A stretch of 64,000 nt of DNA from positions 250,339,375 through 250,403,374 of the forward strand of contig NC_058133.1 of assembly GCF_016433145.1 (NCBI RefSeq). Direction: 5' to 3'. The position numbers and the translations under genes are program-made. The DNA comes from Gracilinanus agilis. Lineage: Eukaryota. This document shows, piece after piece, positions 13,457-25,989 of this stretch; the stretch's first letter is position 1; every line of letters starts with the position of its first letter. The notes under the pieces are model-generated. The model was not told the DNA's origin, did not search any database, and saw nothing but the letters and a program-made list of their open reading frames with translations.

Positions 13457-14000
13457 AAGTCCCTCCACCCTTCCCTGCTCTCCCCACCCCATCTTGCTTG
13501 CTACCCAACAAGCCCTTCCTGACCCGCATTGGAGCTGCTCTTGTCTAAGGGGGGAGGGAACAGTGGCCACACTGTGGGTTCTTCCCCACCCCCCAGGGGC
13601 TGGGGGTGGTGGTGTGCTTGTTACAGGGTCACCCTCCCCTCTTCTTCCTCTGTCTACCCCACCCCATGATGAGGGGAGCCTCCCCCCCCATCAGACTGGA
13701 TGTGCCTTTTATCCTCTAATGCCCCAATCTCTCCCTGGCCCCCTAATTCTCTCCCTGGCCTGTTTGTGGGGAGGGGGTTCCCTTGGCACCCCTTCCTCTC
13801 ATCCTATTCCCCCCCTCTCTGGGCCTCATCACTGTGGAAGATGGGGGGTGGTGTCATTGGGTGGGGAGGCATGGGGAGGGGGGTTTGGAGTAGGGGTGGG
13901 GGCCTATTAAAGGTCTCTGGGGGTGGGAGGTAGGGGTACAGACTTTGTCTGGCTAATGAGAAGGTGTATTTATTTTTCACTGTACAGTATTTAAAAAGAG

Positions 14001-14006
14001 AATAAA
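14001..14006 (+). terminator. FXR2: FXR2 polyadenylation signal
   Basis: AATAAA about 545 nt after the stop, followed by a T/C-rich downstream tract. Confidence 0.7.
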
Positions 14007-14914
14007 AAAAATCCAAATGGCTCCCCTTTCCCTCCCTGTCTTGTTTCTCACGTGTACTTTAATTAAATCATACACACCTTAGCCATGGTGCTCCTTTAGT
14101 GGTTTCCTCTGTCTGTTGTACCCAGCTCAGCATTCCACAACTGCCTGTAGAGCCCCTCAACTATGGAAATGATGCTCTTCATTCTTTCCACCTCTCCCCC
14201 TTGCCCTCCACAAAGTCAGCATCTTGGTTCTTACTATCCAGCTAGCTGCCCAGTGTCCCCACCCATCTTGCCCTCCTATACCTACCCTGCCTCTTGAGGT
14301 GACTCAGGGATGCCCCACCCAAAGGGTTGAGATCTGGGGCCAGGGCAGGCAGCCAGCTTAATCCGATTAGTTCATCTTGGGGTCCTCTAGGGCCAGGGTT
14401 GGGTTGTGAGATGGGGCAACAAAGTGAATCCTTTTCTGACAGGCCACCGGAGCATATTTTCTCTTTAGAGTCCTAGGTTTCCCCACCATCTGCCAACTAT
14501 GTTCTACCCACCCCTTGGCCAAATCTCTCCCCAATTCCCCTAAGATTTGAGAACATAATAGGACCAGAAATGGCTCAGGTAGAGTTAGGATACCTGGCTC
14601 CACAGAAGAATGGGAGTCACAGTTTGAGTATCTGCTAAAGTGACTCGGGAAGAGAAAATACCTTAAACTTAACTTCCCCTCCAAATCTTTTGCTAGACAA
14701 CCTTGGATCGGGGAACTAGAAACAGGTGTTGTATGTACCCCTTTTCTGGGTTTCACTTAACACGCCTCCCATTTCTCCCTTTAAGGAGGTTATTGATCTA
14801 AGAGAAGTAAATTACTGGGGCCTCTGGGAGTCTCCTGGAACATACCCTAGGGTTAGGGAGTGGAGCCCCGAGGAGAAAGAAATGGGGGCCCTGGAAAAGT
14901 TAAACCTGAGAGTT

Positions 14915-15000
14915 CTGGGGGCGGGGAGATGAGGAGGCACCATCTCTCGAGAAGGGCGGGGCCACTTTAAAAGCTTTTCCCAGACCAGACCTGGTCTGCC
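14915..15000 (+). promoter_or_regulatory. SOX15: Putative SOX15 core promoter
   Basis: Two GGGGCGGGG/GGGCGGGG GC boxes and a TTTAAAA element, upstream of a 610-nt ATG-free leader. Confidence 0.45.
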
Positions 15001-15541
15001 TACTTCAAGCTCTTGGTCCCCACCACGGGGTGATTGGAGCAAAAAAAAAAAGACCGTCGGAAACGCAGCGACCCAGGGAAGTACTGACTAGGAAGCAGGT
15101 TGCTCCTGGGCCAGAGAAGTATACCCTTTTTCCGCATTACTCCTTGGAAAACTGGGAGGGGTAGAAACCCTGGATTTGGGGGAGATCCCAAAGGAAAGCT
15201 GTGGAGGGAGAGAACGAGGCTAGCTGCTGCTGGTCCTCAGCTCAGAGTTTCTGGCCCTGCAAGATTTTTAAAGATTGCTGAGGGGGCCATACACGACCAT
15301 AATAAAGGCAACAGATTTGGGGCAAAGGATTTGGACTTTCTTGTGGAGGGCAGGGGTAGTTGGAAGGGTTACCTCCGTGAGGACCCTCAACTTTGAAGGA
15401 ACCTTTCATTGAGGAAAATCAGTTTGGGGATAACCTGACTACAGGCAGTTTCAAGTAACCGGATCTTCCAGGAAGCCCAACAGCCGATTTCCTCAGCCTG
15501 CTCCCCCATTTCCCCCTTCCTCTCCCAGGCTAATCAACTCC

Positions 15542-17199
15542 ATGGCGCTACCCCAGTCTCCACCACTTCAAGCCTGGGCCTTGACACTCCCTGCTCCCAC
15601 TGCCTTTGAATCTGCCACTAACCGTCCCTCGGTCCCTCCAGGGATTCCCGGGGAGATACCCGCAAAGGTTAAGCGGCCCATGAATGCATTCATGGTATGG
15701 AGCTCGGGCCAGCGTGGCCAGATGGCGCAGCTTCACCCCAAGATGCACAACTCGGAAATCTCCAAGTGCTTGGGCGCGCAGTGGAAATTGCTGGGAGAGG
15801 CAGAGAAGCGGCCCTTTGTGGAAGAGGCGAAGAGGCTCCGAGCGCGGCACCTACACGACTACCCCGACTACAAGTACAGACCGCGCCGCAAGACCAAGAA
15901 CGCCAACCCGGGCCTCGCAAGTCTAGACCTGGCCGGGGCAAGTAGGGGCAGCGGCAACCACAGCCCCGACCCAGGGTGGGGCACGGGAAACCTCGGCTAT
16001 CAGCCCCAATACCCTTCGAACCTGGCCAGAGGCTGCGGGTGAGTGATTGGGGAAGCAAGGAGAGGGACAGAAGGGATGGGGACCCTCCCATTCTCAGGTG
16101 CCTATCCGCTGTGCTCTCCTAGGTCTCTGCACCCAACTGTGCCTCCCTTGGGCGAGGGCCGGGAAGAGGAGAGAAAACTGAGCGCAGACACCCCACCCCC
16201 ACCCACATTTTAGCAGCCGCAGAAATCAGGAGCAGCAGCACCCCGAGCATCTAAATATTCACCTTAGCCAGGATTCTGAGGCTTCCATCCGAGTTCCCTA
16301 CGTCATGGAGAAATTGGTAGCTGGCCTAGAACCTAGGATGGGAGTAGAGTAGGGGGTGGGCTGCTAGTCCCAGGCTGGTGGGGTGAAGAGCCAAGTGAAA
16401 TCAGACTTCATAGGGATGGCTCATGATTAAGGTGAGTTTGGAGGGACTCCAGCAGGATATCCAGGGTGATGTCTCCTCAGATTTGAAACCAAGACTACTT
16501 TGGTCAGTCATCTCCCCACACATCCTAAGGAATAACTTTGGACAGTCTTTGTGACCTGAGGCTTTTGCACTCTTTGCCTCACACCCCACTCATCTCAACT
16601 TTACATTTTCAGTTCTGACCTTTAACTGACCCAAGTCCCTCTCCCATCCTGTTGGGAAGAGGGAGATTATAAACCTCCCTCCTTTGCCCTCTTGGAAAAA
16701 CAGCTGGGAGTATGCCTGCCAAATGACACCAACATGCCCAGGCCACCAGAGGTCCCTGTCCCATTGAGAACACCAAGCAGGGCATGGACATCTGTGCTAC
16801 AGGCTGAGCCAGAAATAAACTGCTCCTGCTCCTCCCCAGCCCAAAACAAGTCTAACCCGAAAGTTGGGGAATGTGACTCAGAAAATCTACCCTGACACAC
16901 CCTCTCATGGGGAGAGAACATCAGAGGTGAACTCTGGATCTGTGAGAGGAAGCTGGCTACCAGAGGTCCTCAGATTATGGGTACCTAGGAGGGATGATAT
17001 GGGGGTAAAGGAGACTCAGGTTTATCTCACACTGCCCCTTTTCTTTCTTCACAGAGCTCATCACTGTAAACCAGATGCCCCTTCCTTTTGTTCCCTTCCT
17101 CTTGGAGCCCCACTCCAAGGAGAGCTCTTGAATCCCTACAGGCCTTATCCCTCTGGCTCCACCTCCTACAATGCTCCTCTCCTGGGTCCCACCCCCTAA
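15542..17199 (+). CDS. SOX15: SOX15 HMG-box transcription factor, 2 exons, 213 aa as written; possibly degenerate
   Basis: Exons 15542-16038 and 17055-17199 with a GT-AG phase-2 intron. HMG box [13 protein letters not shown]...[12 protein letters not shown]-terminus MALP. Syntenic position between FXR2 and MPDU1. Confidence 0.92.
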
Positions 17200-17424
17200 C
17201 CCATTTTAGGGTCCAGGGGCCATGAAATGCCTAAGGAAGAAGTTATACAGATGCCTCTCCCATTCTTACTTGGGCCCCTCCCTCCCTCAACAATCATACC
17301 CCCAGCCAGAAATGTACCACCCTCAGAAAACTGGGCACCTGAATTCTGAGGGACCTGATTAAGGGAGAACACTGGATTATTTTTGTAATGAAGATACAAA
17401 TTTTTATATATTATGTTTTGTAAG

Positions 17425-17430
17425 ATTAAA
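17425..17430 (+). terminator. SOX15: Probable SOX15 polyadenylation signal
   Basis: ATTAAA after an AU-rich tract, about 225 nt past the stop. Confidence 0.5.
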
Positions 17431-18332
17431 GTCAGATTTTGAGTCCTTGTCCCACTTTTTGATTCCCTCCCCAGCTTCACCCAGCAGAGGATCAACAGCT
17501 GGACTCAAGTCTGTTTCTCTACTCCCTTATACCTAGGATCTGCCCAGTTGGGGAGGGAGAGAAAAGAGAAAAGAAAGGCGTGCTGATAGTCATCTTCAAC
17601 CCTTCCCCATCAGCTCAGAGTCCTGTACAATAGGATGGAGATAGCCCTGTGGTCAAAGGGCAAAGTCAGAACAAGGGATCCCACCTGATAAAGACTGTGT
17701 AGCTTAGGTTTTGGTCAGCTGTTCTCGCCACATCTTTGGCTACCACCTGTAGGTGTGACCTCCTTTCATCTCCTAGGCCTGTACTCCTTTGAGCATCCTA
17801 AGGGGGAAGAGTGTTTGAAGGGGACTAGGCAAGAGGAAAAAAAAAACCTTCTAGGATTCAGAAGAATTGTATCTAGGAATCAAAAGAAAAGAGGAACAAA
17901 GCTCACTTTCAGCTCTGCCAAGAAGCCAGAGGTCTTATCTCAATGATGAATGATTAGAATCATCAGTACAAAGCTAGTTAATTAACTAATGAGGTCCCAT
18001 GTCTTCACTTGTTATCTTCCTCAAAAACTCCAGGTCACACCTTTTCAGCCCTGGATGCTCTGAGGGCTAAACCTTCTCTTTCAGTCTTCCCAACACACAA
18101 GAAGATGAGGGTGGAGTGGGGGGTGGAATGGGAGAACAGGGAATGCTGGGGATTGCTGTTTAATCTAAAAAGTTACCACATCAATAGAGTGGAATAGAGA
18201 CTAGAGGAGCACAGCTCCAAAAGAGCTTCAGTCTTCAGAAGTGGGAGTCAAGAAGGTTATCAAGAAAAAGGAATAAAGACCAAACTAGGGCCTTTGAGAT
18301 ACTGTTCTGGCTGGGAAGAAGCATCCCAAATG

Positions 18333-21300
18333 CTACTGATCCTTCTTTTTCCATTTGTGAGGAATCTTGACATTCCAGTAATAGAGGAGCTGGAAGGCAA
18401 TGAGGCCATTGCAGATAGAGGAGACAATAAAAGTCACAGCCATCAGGGGGTCACCTGTTTCCTGAGGATAGAATAGAACCAAAAAATATCAGAGCTGGAG
18501 AATGAGCAGCTAGTCCAACCCATTTGTCATCCTGAAAGGAAACTGAGGCCAGGGAGATTTTATGTGATTTGCCAAGGCCCCACAAGGCAGTAAGCTTTAG
18601 AGGCAGTGGAATCTTGGTCCCCATTCAGAAGTTAAACTAATTCACCTCACTTTCAGGAATAAGTTGACATTTAACCAGTAGGGCCTCTGAAAAGGTAAGG
18701 ACTGTTCTCTGAGGAGACCCTCACCTGGATGGAGGTAAAGATTCGGGCAAGTGAGCCAGCAAAGAGTAAGAAAACAGTGACTGCTGATAGGTGTCCTGTG
18801 TGACCATTTCTGAAGTTGGTGATCGCCTGGAGTAACTAAGGAGCATCAAAAAACTCTTATTATGCTTGTCAATCTCCTGGCCCTTCCCCATCCTCTGGTT
18901 TATCTCTCACTCCCACTTCTACCCACTACCCACTTCCTCTTTTCCACCTCCATCTTCCCCCCCAACCCATCATCTTCTTTTTGTTCCTCTTCATCCCACC
19001 CCATAAACCTTCCTCCTCCTTGCTTTTCCTTCACACACATGCATGAATATACAAACACACTCACCCTCCCCATGATCACAGCAGGCATGTTGGTAGCCTG
19101 GAGCAGGGTGACCATAACCTTGGGTATCAGGGGTGAGAGCAATACAAGCAGGGCCAGGACATAGATGCCTAGGAAGGTTACACCTGGAGTGGGGCCCAGG
19201 AAAGATCAATTGACAATATATTTGTGTATCTTCCAGTTTGCCTATTTATTTCCCCTGATTTGCTCCCACAGTAAGCCTCTACCCTTTTCCCTTCAGAGTG
19301 GCTCAAGTTTTGGTCCTCCATGCCCCACCCATGCAGCATTTAGAGAACCCAATCCAGAGCCTCCCCTACCTCTCCCTTGGGGAATGGGGTTTACCTCTCA
19401 TGGTATGTCCCCTGTAGTGCAGAACCAGGAAGCAGATGGTAATAGTCTGTAGCATTAAGAACAAGGCCTCACCCCAAGAGCTGAAGGGGAGCCAAGACAT
19501 GGGTCAGCGCTGAACCTGATCTTCTACTACCCCTCTGGTCCTATGACTTCCAAGGGGGTACCTATCCAGAGTTCATGGGAGCTGCAGTTATAATTGTCTG
19601 ATTCTCACAGCAGCCTAACACTATCATCTATCCATGAGGAGCTGGGGGCCAGAAACCCAAAGTAGTCCTTCCCATAGCTTCTCACCCTGACTAGTCTGAC
19701 TTCCTCAATTTCCTGAGATATATACAATACTCATGAGGTATTTTGTTTTTTTAAGGGGGAGTATGGGGATGGGTAGAAAGAATTCCAACTCTTCAGATTC
19801 CTAGAGAAGTAATCACACTCCCAAAGTCTGATATGAGCCTCGAACTCACCTGAATGGGAAGCTGTTGGTCACACTGTAGATGATGGTCCCAGTCAAAGCC
19901 ACCAATTCCAGAAGAACTGCCTGGAAGCTCAGTCCTTCTGCACTCTTCACTCCCATAATTTTAAACACTTGAGGTAGTTTCACTGTGAGGGAGCAAGTAG
20001 ATAACAATAAAAGCCACATTCAAAGAATATAGACCTCACTCTATTGTCAGCTATGTATGCTTTTGAGGAGAAGGGGGCCCAAGTTCACTTGGAGCCTAGT
20101 TAGTTACCCCTGAGGTGACCTCTAATTCTCAGTTGACACTTACCCAACAATGATCCAGCAACAATGCCAAGCCCTAGGCCTTTGCTGATTAGGATCTTGA
20201 GGCAGGGAACTGGAAAAGAGTGAGAAGGAGCAAAGAGAGGAAAGATATTAGGAAAGAAAGACACCAAGTACAAGGCCAAGTCTGGTGTCCCAGTCTCTCT
20301 GAAGGTAGAGGACTATGTCTGACCAACAGTGCCAAGAAATGACAAGGGTATTAAAGCCTAGAAACAGACAAGATGGCCTCACAGGTTCTGGGGCCTTAAG
20401 AACATCTGAAAAGAGAGAATAACATATCACCCTCCCTGCCCCATTCTCCTACTCTAGCTAACATCCCAGTTCTGCACACCATCAAACTCAGAAAAACTTC
20501 TAGATTTGAAGTTAAGAAACCCAGATCTTCTAATTGTTACCTCTGTGATTTTGGGTAAATAAGTTAAATCTCTCTGAGTCTCAGTTTCTTCATCTGCCAA
20601 ATAAGGAGGGTAGACTATAAGATCTCAAAAACTCCAGTACAACCCAACCCACTTCAAAGTGTTTATGAAGTACTTTGAAAGCCTCAAAAGCCTCAAAACC
20701 CTGTGTGATCCACTATTTTGGTCCTAAAGCACATGCCTAGAAACCTTCAAAAGCTCTTCCCAAACTCATCAGTCATTCAGAGACAATCACCAGCAGAAAC
20801 CCCTCCATTACCTGGGGCAAGGCTCAAGGCTTACTTTTCCCCACCACTGAACTACTTTTACTATTGCTGCCACCTAGAATATTCTCTCTAATCCCCATCC
20901 AAATTCTACCAGTTCTTCCAGGCCCAAGCTATTCCTGACTATTCTGGTCCAAAGTGATCTTGATCTTTGTTCCATTTTGATTTCCTAGCTGTCCAAGTGC
21001 TCCTCTTCAGACTCCATTTTGGTTTGTCATCGGTATCACACTCCCGAACTGTGGAGATAACCCAAAGGCTTTGTTTTAAGCTCTTATCTCTCAGTGGTCT
21101 ATCACTAGGTGACCTCATTAGTTCTCAAGGGTTTCTCTATGCAGATGACTATCATAATGATCTTTATTTCCAGCTCTAACTTTTCTCTTGAACTCCAAAC
21201 CCAACTCACTTAACTTATTTCTTACATATTTCTAAACAGATTTTTCCAAAGACAACTCAAACTCAGCATGTTCAAAGTGGAATTCATTATCTTCTCCCAA

Positions 21301-23959
21301 GACCCACCCATCGTCCCTATTTCTACTCAGAGAACTACAACCCTTCTAGAGACTGAGATTCACAATAATAATAATCATGATCATGACAAAATATCTGGCA
21401 TATTATCTATGTCACTTTTAGATCTGCAAAGTGCTTTACAATAATTTGATCCTCACAACAATCCTGTGAATTACCATTCCAAATTTACAGACAAGGAAAT
21501 GGGTATACAGGGAGATAAGTGATTTGTGTAGGGTCACACAACTAATAAGTATGAGACTAGATTTGAACTCACACCTTCCTGAGGTTCTGAATCCACTACC
21601 CTATATCCTGTGCTATCTAGCTGATTTGGTGTCATCCTCAAATCTTCATATTCCCTCACCCTCAATATCCAAATCAATTGCTGTTTTGGCTCTTGTATCT
21701 TTTTCTCATTCCATGTCCTCATGGCTCAAGAAGCCACTCTTGTTCAAGTCCTCAGCATTTGTCTCCTGGACTACTGCATGTTTTCTAATCAGTTTCTTTC
21801 TTTCTAATGAGTTTCTTTACATCCAAATTCATCTTCCACATAGCTACCAAAGTAGTTTTTCTTAAGTACATATCTGACCACATCACTCCCCTATTCAATA
21901 AATTCAAGTGGCTCCTGATTACCTCTAGGATCAAAAAGAAATTCCTGGGAGCAGCTAGATGGCTCAGTGGATTGAGAACCAGGCCCAGAAATGGGAGATC
22001 CTGGGTTCAAATCTGGCCTCAGATGCTTCCTAGCTGTGTGACCCTAGGCAAGTCACTTAACCCCCATTGCCTAGCCCTTACCACTCTTCTGCCATAGAAT
22101 CAATACACAGTATTAATTCCAAGAGAGAAGAAGTGTTTAAAAGAGAAAAAAGAAATTCCTCCATCTGGCATTTGAAATTCTCACAAGCTGGCTCCAATCT
22201 ACCTTTCCAGCTTTACTATGCCTTATTCTTCTTCACATATTCAATGGCCATGCAAAACCAGATTTCTTATTGGTCCTCTTAAGGTCTCTAGTGCCTTATG
22301 GACAGACTATTAACTGCTCTCTTTCTTCACTTCCACCTCTTAGAATCCTATTTCCTTTGGAACTCAGATCAAGGCCTACCTTCTTCATAAGTCTTTTCTG
22401 ACTGCTCTCAATTTACCCTAAATGTTCTTTGTATATATTCTTATATATACAGACATTGTCTTCTCCAATAGTGTAAGGTCTTTGAGGACAGAAACTATTT
22501 CATTACTGTCTTTGTATCTTCTGGGCCAGAAGTCCATAGAAAGCACTTAACAAAACTTGTTTAGTGACTGATCACCTTTAGCTCTTGCTGACTATATCAC
22601 TCCTCACTGTTCTGTTCATGTTCTGCATTTACTGTGGGGCAGCAGAGTACAGTGGAAAGAATGCTGGCTTAAGTTAGAAGACTTCGGTTCAAATCCCAAC
22701 TGGACTTTTTTTATTTTGTAGAAATCACTTTGCCTTCCTCAATTATCAGACCCTCAAAGTCTATTCCAGTACATCTATGATCCTATGATTTCTCTGGGCC
22801 TCAGTTCTTCATTATTAAAAGATTAGACTAAATGATCTGTAAAGTTCCTTTCAGTTCTAAGTGATCCTATGATAGCATTACACATACTGTGAGTTCCTAG
22901 AGGTCCTCTTATATTTGCCCAAGTCTGGCACACCACATTGCCAGTAGAGGTATGTTTGAAAAACACTGTGTTAAAAGCCTATTCTAGCATCATCAGAATT
23001 CTAGCATCATCAGCTGCTACTAATTGACCCTTTAATTCGTTTCAATTTCCTCCTGGAAAATAGTACTAATGCCATCGACCTCTACTAATGAGCAGTACAC
23101 TTGGAGTCAGAGGACTCCAAAAGGAGACTCACTACTTTACAATTTATGTGATCCTTGCCTTCTATTTGCTAATTCCCTTCCATATAAAATAAAAGAGGAG
23201 GTAGCTCCCAACTTTAAGTCCTTTGAAACCTCATGGAGTTGTTTTTAATACGGTATATAACAAAAGTGTGGAAGACAGCCTGTTTTAGTGGGCAGAGGTA
23301 TGGACTCAGAAATCAGAAAGCCAACTTCAAATTCTAGCTCTTCGGTATGGCCTTGAACAAATCGCTTGCTCTCTGGAGTTTTAACTTGGAAAATGGGAGT
23401 GAACAACCAAATCTGCACTAACTGCACTTCTCGCATACGTTGTGGAAATAAATTGATTAATTAATAAATAAATAAATAAATGAATGAATAAATAGCGTTA
23501 AATATCAGCTACCGTCAGCTTATGTTTTGCTCTGTGTGTGTGTGTGTATAAATATATATATCAGTTGGCAGTTCCGGTAACTACTCACTAACTTAGATAC
23601 TTATTAAGAGAAAGCAGTGACTCTTACAGAACCTCATTCATCAGGCCCCCACCCACATCCTCAGAAAAAGGAAGCCGGCTTCCCTTCCCACGTGGGATTG
23701 AAGGAACTTCCGCCTTGCCCACATGGCCGCCGTCAGTCACTACCGCCCGAAAGGTCACGGCAGCGGCTGCCATGATCTCAAGGTTTGACATCCCTTCCCA
23801 GGCTAGCCCCCGATCCTTGCGTTCTGAAGACCACGTGACACTGAAAAGGAGCTCACCGTTAAGCAAATCCAAGTTAACAAAAAATCGATCGTAGCATTTC
23901 TCAGGCAGAAGAAAGGGAACCAGAAGCTGCTTTAGAGGCCCTTCCGCTTCCTCCGCCAT
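18333..23959 (-). CDS. MPDU1: Mannose-P-dolichol utilization defect 1 (PQ-loop ER membrane protein), 7 exons, 248 aa
   Basis: Exons 23959-23857, 20209-20144, 19982-19850, 19480-19395, 19183-19065, 18835-18725, 18461-18333. All GT-AG; total 747 nt. Peptides [24 protein letters not shown] (PQ loop) and a KKDQ* dilysine-type end. Confidence 0.97.
20985..22560 (+). mobile_element. Old L2 LINE fragment, interrupted by MIR and SINE1 insertions
   Basis: Degenerate RT motif YADD (tatgcagatgac) and L2-type 3' sequence. Confidence 0.65.
21947..22146 (+). mobile_element. Opossum SINE1-like element with a 14-bp TSD
   Basis: TSD AAAAAGAAATTCCT at 21933-21946 and 22147-22160. Confidence 0.9.
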
Positions 23960-24330
23960 CTTGCAAACCGATCCCTTCCGCCTGCCCTTCCCCCTTCCCC
24001 ACCCAGCCTGCCATTAAATGTCGTGGTCAGGCGCATGCGCATTTCCATACTTCCGACTCCTTTCTTCCTGTACTCTCTTCCTAGTGCGAACGCTGGCGGT
24101 CTTCCTCATACCGGAAGTGTTTGCCTTCCAGACGCAATCGCTTATCTTACACCATTTTTTTTTTCTCTATGCATGGGGAGATGGCGAGAGATGTGGGGGT
24201 GAAGACTTTTAAAAGGGAGATCTACGCATGTGCATGTTGGGGGTTTTCGCGCTGTATTTGATGCTCCGTTTTCATGAATGAGATGGATCTTACTATCACC
24301 AGTATCCCCTTGGCGCCATTTTGTCGAATG
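23960..24330 (-). promoter_or_regulatory. MPDU1: MPDU1 promoter
   Basis: NRF1-type GCGCATGCGCA at 24031-24041, ETS CCGGAAGT at 24111-24118 and YY1-type GCGCCATTTTG at 24313-24323. Confidence 0.7.
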
Positions 24331-25724
24331 CCTTCCAATTTAGGTCCCTTTATTAGACGCTGAGAAAGAGAAGCCCAAATACTCCCCCACGTTTGTTAAA
24401 CTAAGACCCCAGGGAGAAGGCGGTGGGCAAGATATCTTAAGTTATCCCACACCTCACTGTCACCCCCCCAAGGAGGTAGTCCTGATGTGCTGTAGGGTTT
24501 GCATTTCACCTGTGTTCTTAATGGAAGAGAAGTTTTTAATGGAAGTAACTCCCCCCACTATACCCCAACAATTCGACTTTGTCTTTGTAATCCCATTGCT
24601 TACTAAAGTGACTTTCTAAATGTTCACTGAATTGACTAAATGAAGTTATTGGCAAATCTATTGCTGGCAGACTTCTAGATTTCTTGGGTTTAAAACCATT
24701 CCTTGTCTAGCTCTCCTCCTCCACTCACTCTCTTCAACCAAAGTCCTTTGTGACACTCAGGTCTTACTACTGGCCAAGACCCCTTCCCAGAGTTTCTGGG
24801 TCAATGTACCAAGGAAGGGCTTTGGTGAGTTTGAACAGTTAGTTCTATCTGGGAGAAGCCACCCTGGCAGGACACTTGGCAGTGTAGAAATAAATACCAA
24901 CATATGCAGGGCTATCTTATAGAAGTGAGCTTTCAGTCTGTGACCCTTTGAAGGCAAGTGGATGTTATAAATATAGGGCTGCATTTTGGTGTCTTCCATT
25001 CAATAAGGTCTTCTATGACATGTAGTAGACAGCACTGGAGTTGCCAAAGAACCCCTATTATCACCTCGCTCACAAATGTTGTTTTCTTTACCCAACTAAT
25101 GACTTAATTCAGTTATTTGGCAGACATAGGCTCTTTCCATGTCCCCAATTGGGTACTTGATTATGAGGAGCCTTACAATAAAGCTGATACTTTCTGGTGA
25201 TGAGGGCTAGAAGCTTCTAAAAATAGATGTGGGGCACCATCCCACCACCAATATTGGCAGGCTTTAAATCTGGTCCAGCAGGTATTCCAGACTAGAAATA
25301 TATCATTTCCAGGGGCCTCTTAGGTAGGCCAAGGTAGCCACTTCTGCTATTCCTGACGTGATTTGGTAATGAGGCAATGGAAATATTAATATGAGGTTAA
25401 TAAAAGCAGTCCTTGATATGGTGGTGAATGGCACCTTCTGAGGGAACTGATGAAAAGTGCAATACACTTTTGTGTGGTCATCACTATCTGCTGAGCCCTG
25501 TACAGTATATTTGAGGATCAAGGTAAGGAAGGTACTAAGGGGACCAGGAAGATTCAGAGAACCTACACCCCCCAGTCCCAAAGGAGGAGGAGAGAAGGCA
25601 TAGAAGTGGAATATACTATAGCAGGCATCAGGGAAAATACACATACACACTCTTCCTACTGCCCAGATTTCTTGAAAGCACATCAAGAACAAAGAACTAG
25701 ACAAAAGTTAAAGCAATTATGATC

Positions 25725-25730
25725 TTTAAT
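25725..25730 (-). terminator. CD68: Probable CD68 polyadenylation signal
   Basis: Minus-strand ATTAAA about 260 nt past the stop. Confidence 0.45.
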
Positions 25731-25989
25731 CATGGCAGGAGTGAGAAGCTAAGGAAAATATAAATTTCATTGGTTCTAGGAAGGCACTTCTGTCAAATCC
25801 AATTAGGCTTTCCTTGCCTCCCACCCACAATGTCTCTCCGTTTGTCTTTTCAAGCCTTTTCCTCTAAGGTAGAGAGGACCTGCAGATCTATACTAGAAAT
25901 AACAAGGTAGAAAAAGAAGATTGAAGGAGTTCTCTTGGGGTGAGAGAATGGTATAGGGATATCCCCAGCACGAAGGGAATCAGGAGCTT

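Noticed and set aside
15690-16091. Several overlapping sense and antisense ORFs over SOX15 exon 1
   Set aside because: These are shadow frames of a GC-rich coding exon.
17383-17397. TTTTGTAATGAAGAT resembling a SOX-OCT composite element near SOX15
   Set aside because: The octamer half has two mismatches and it lies in an AT-rich 3' UTR, so chance is likely.
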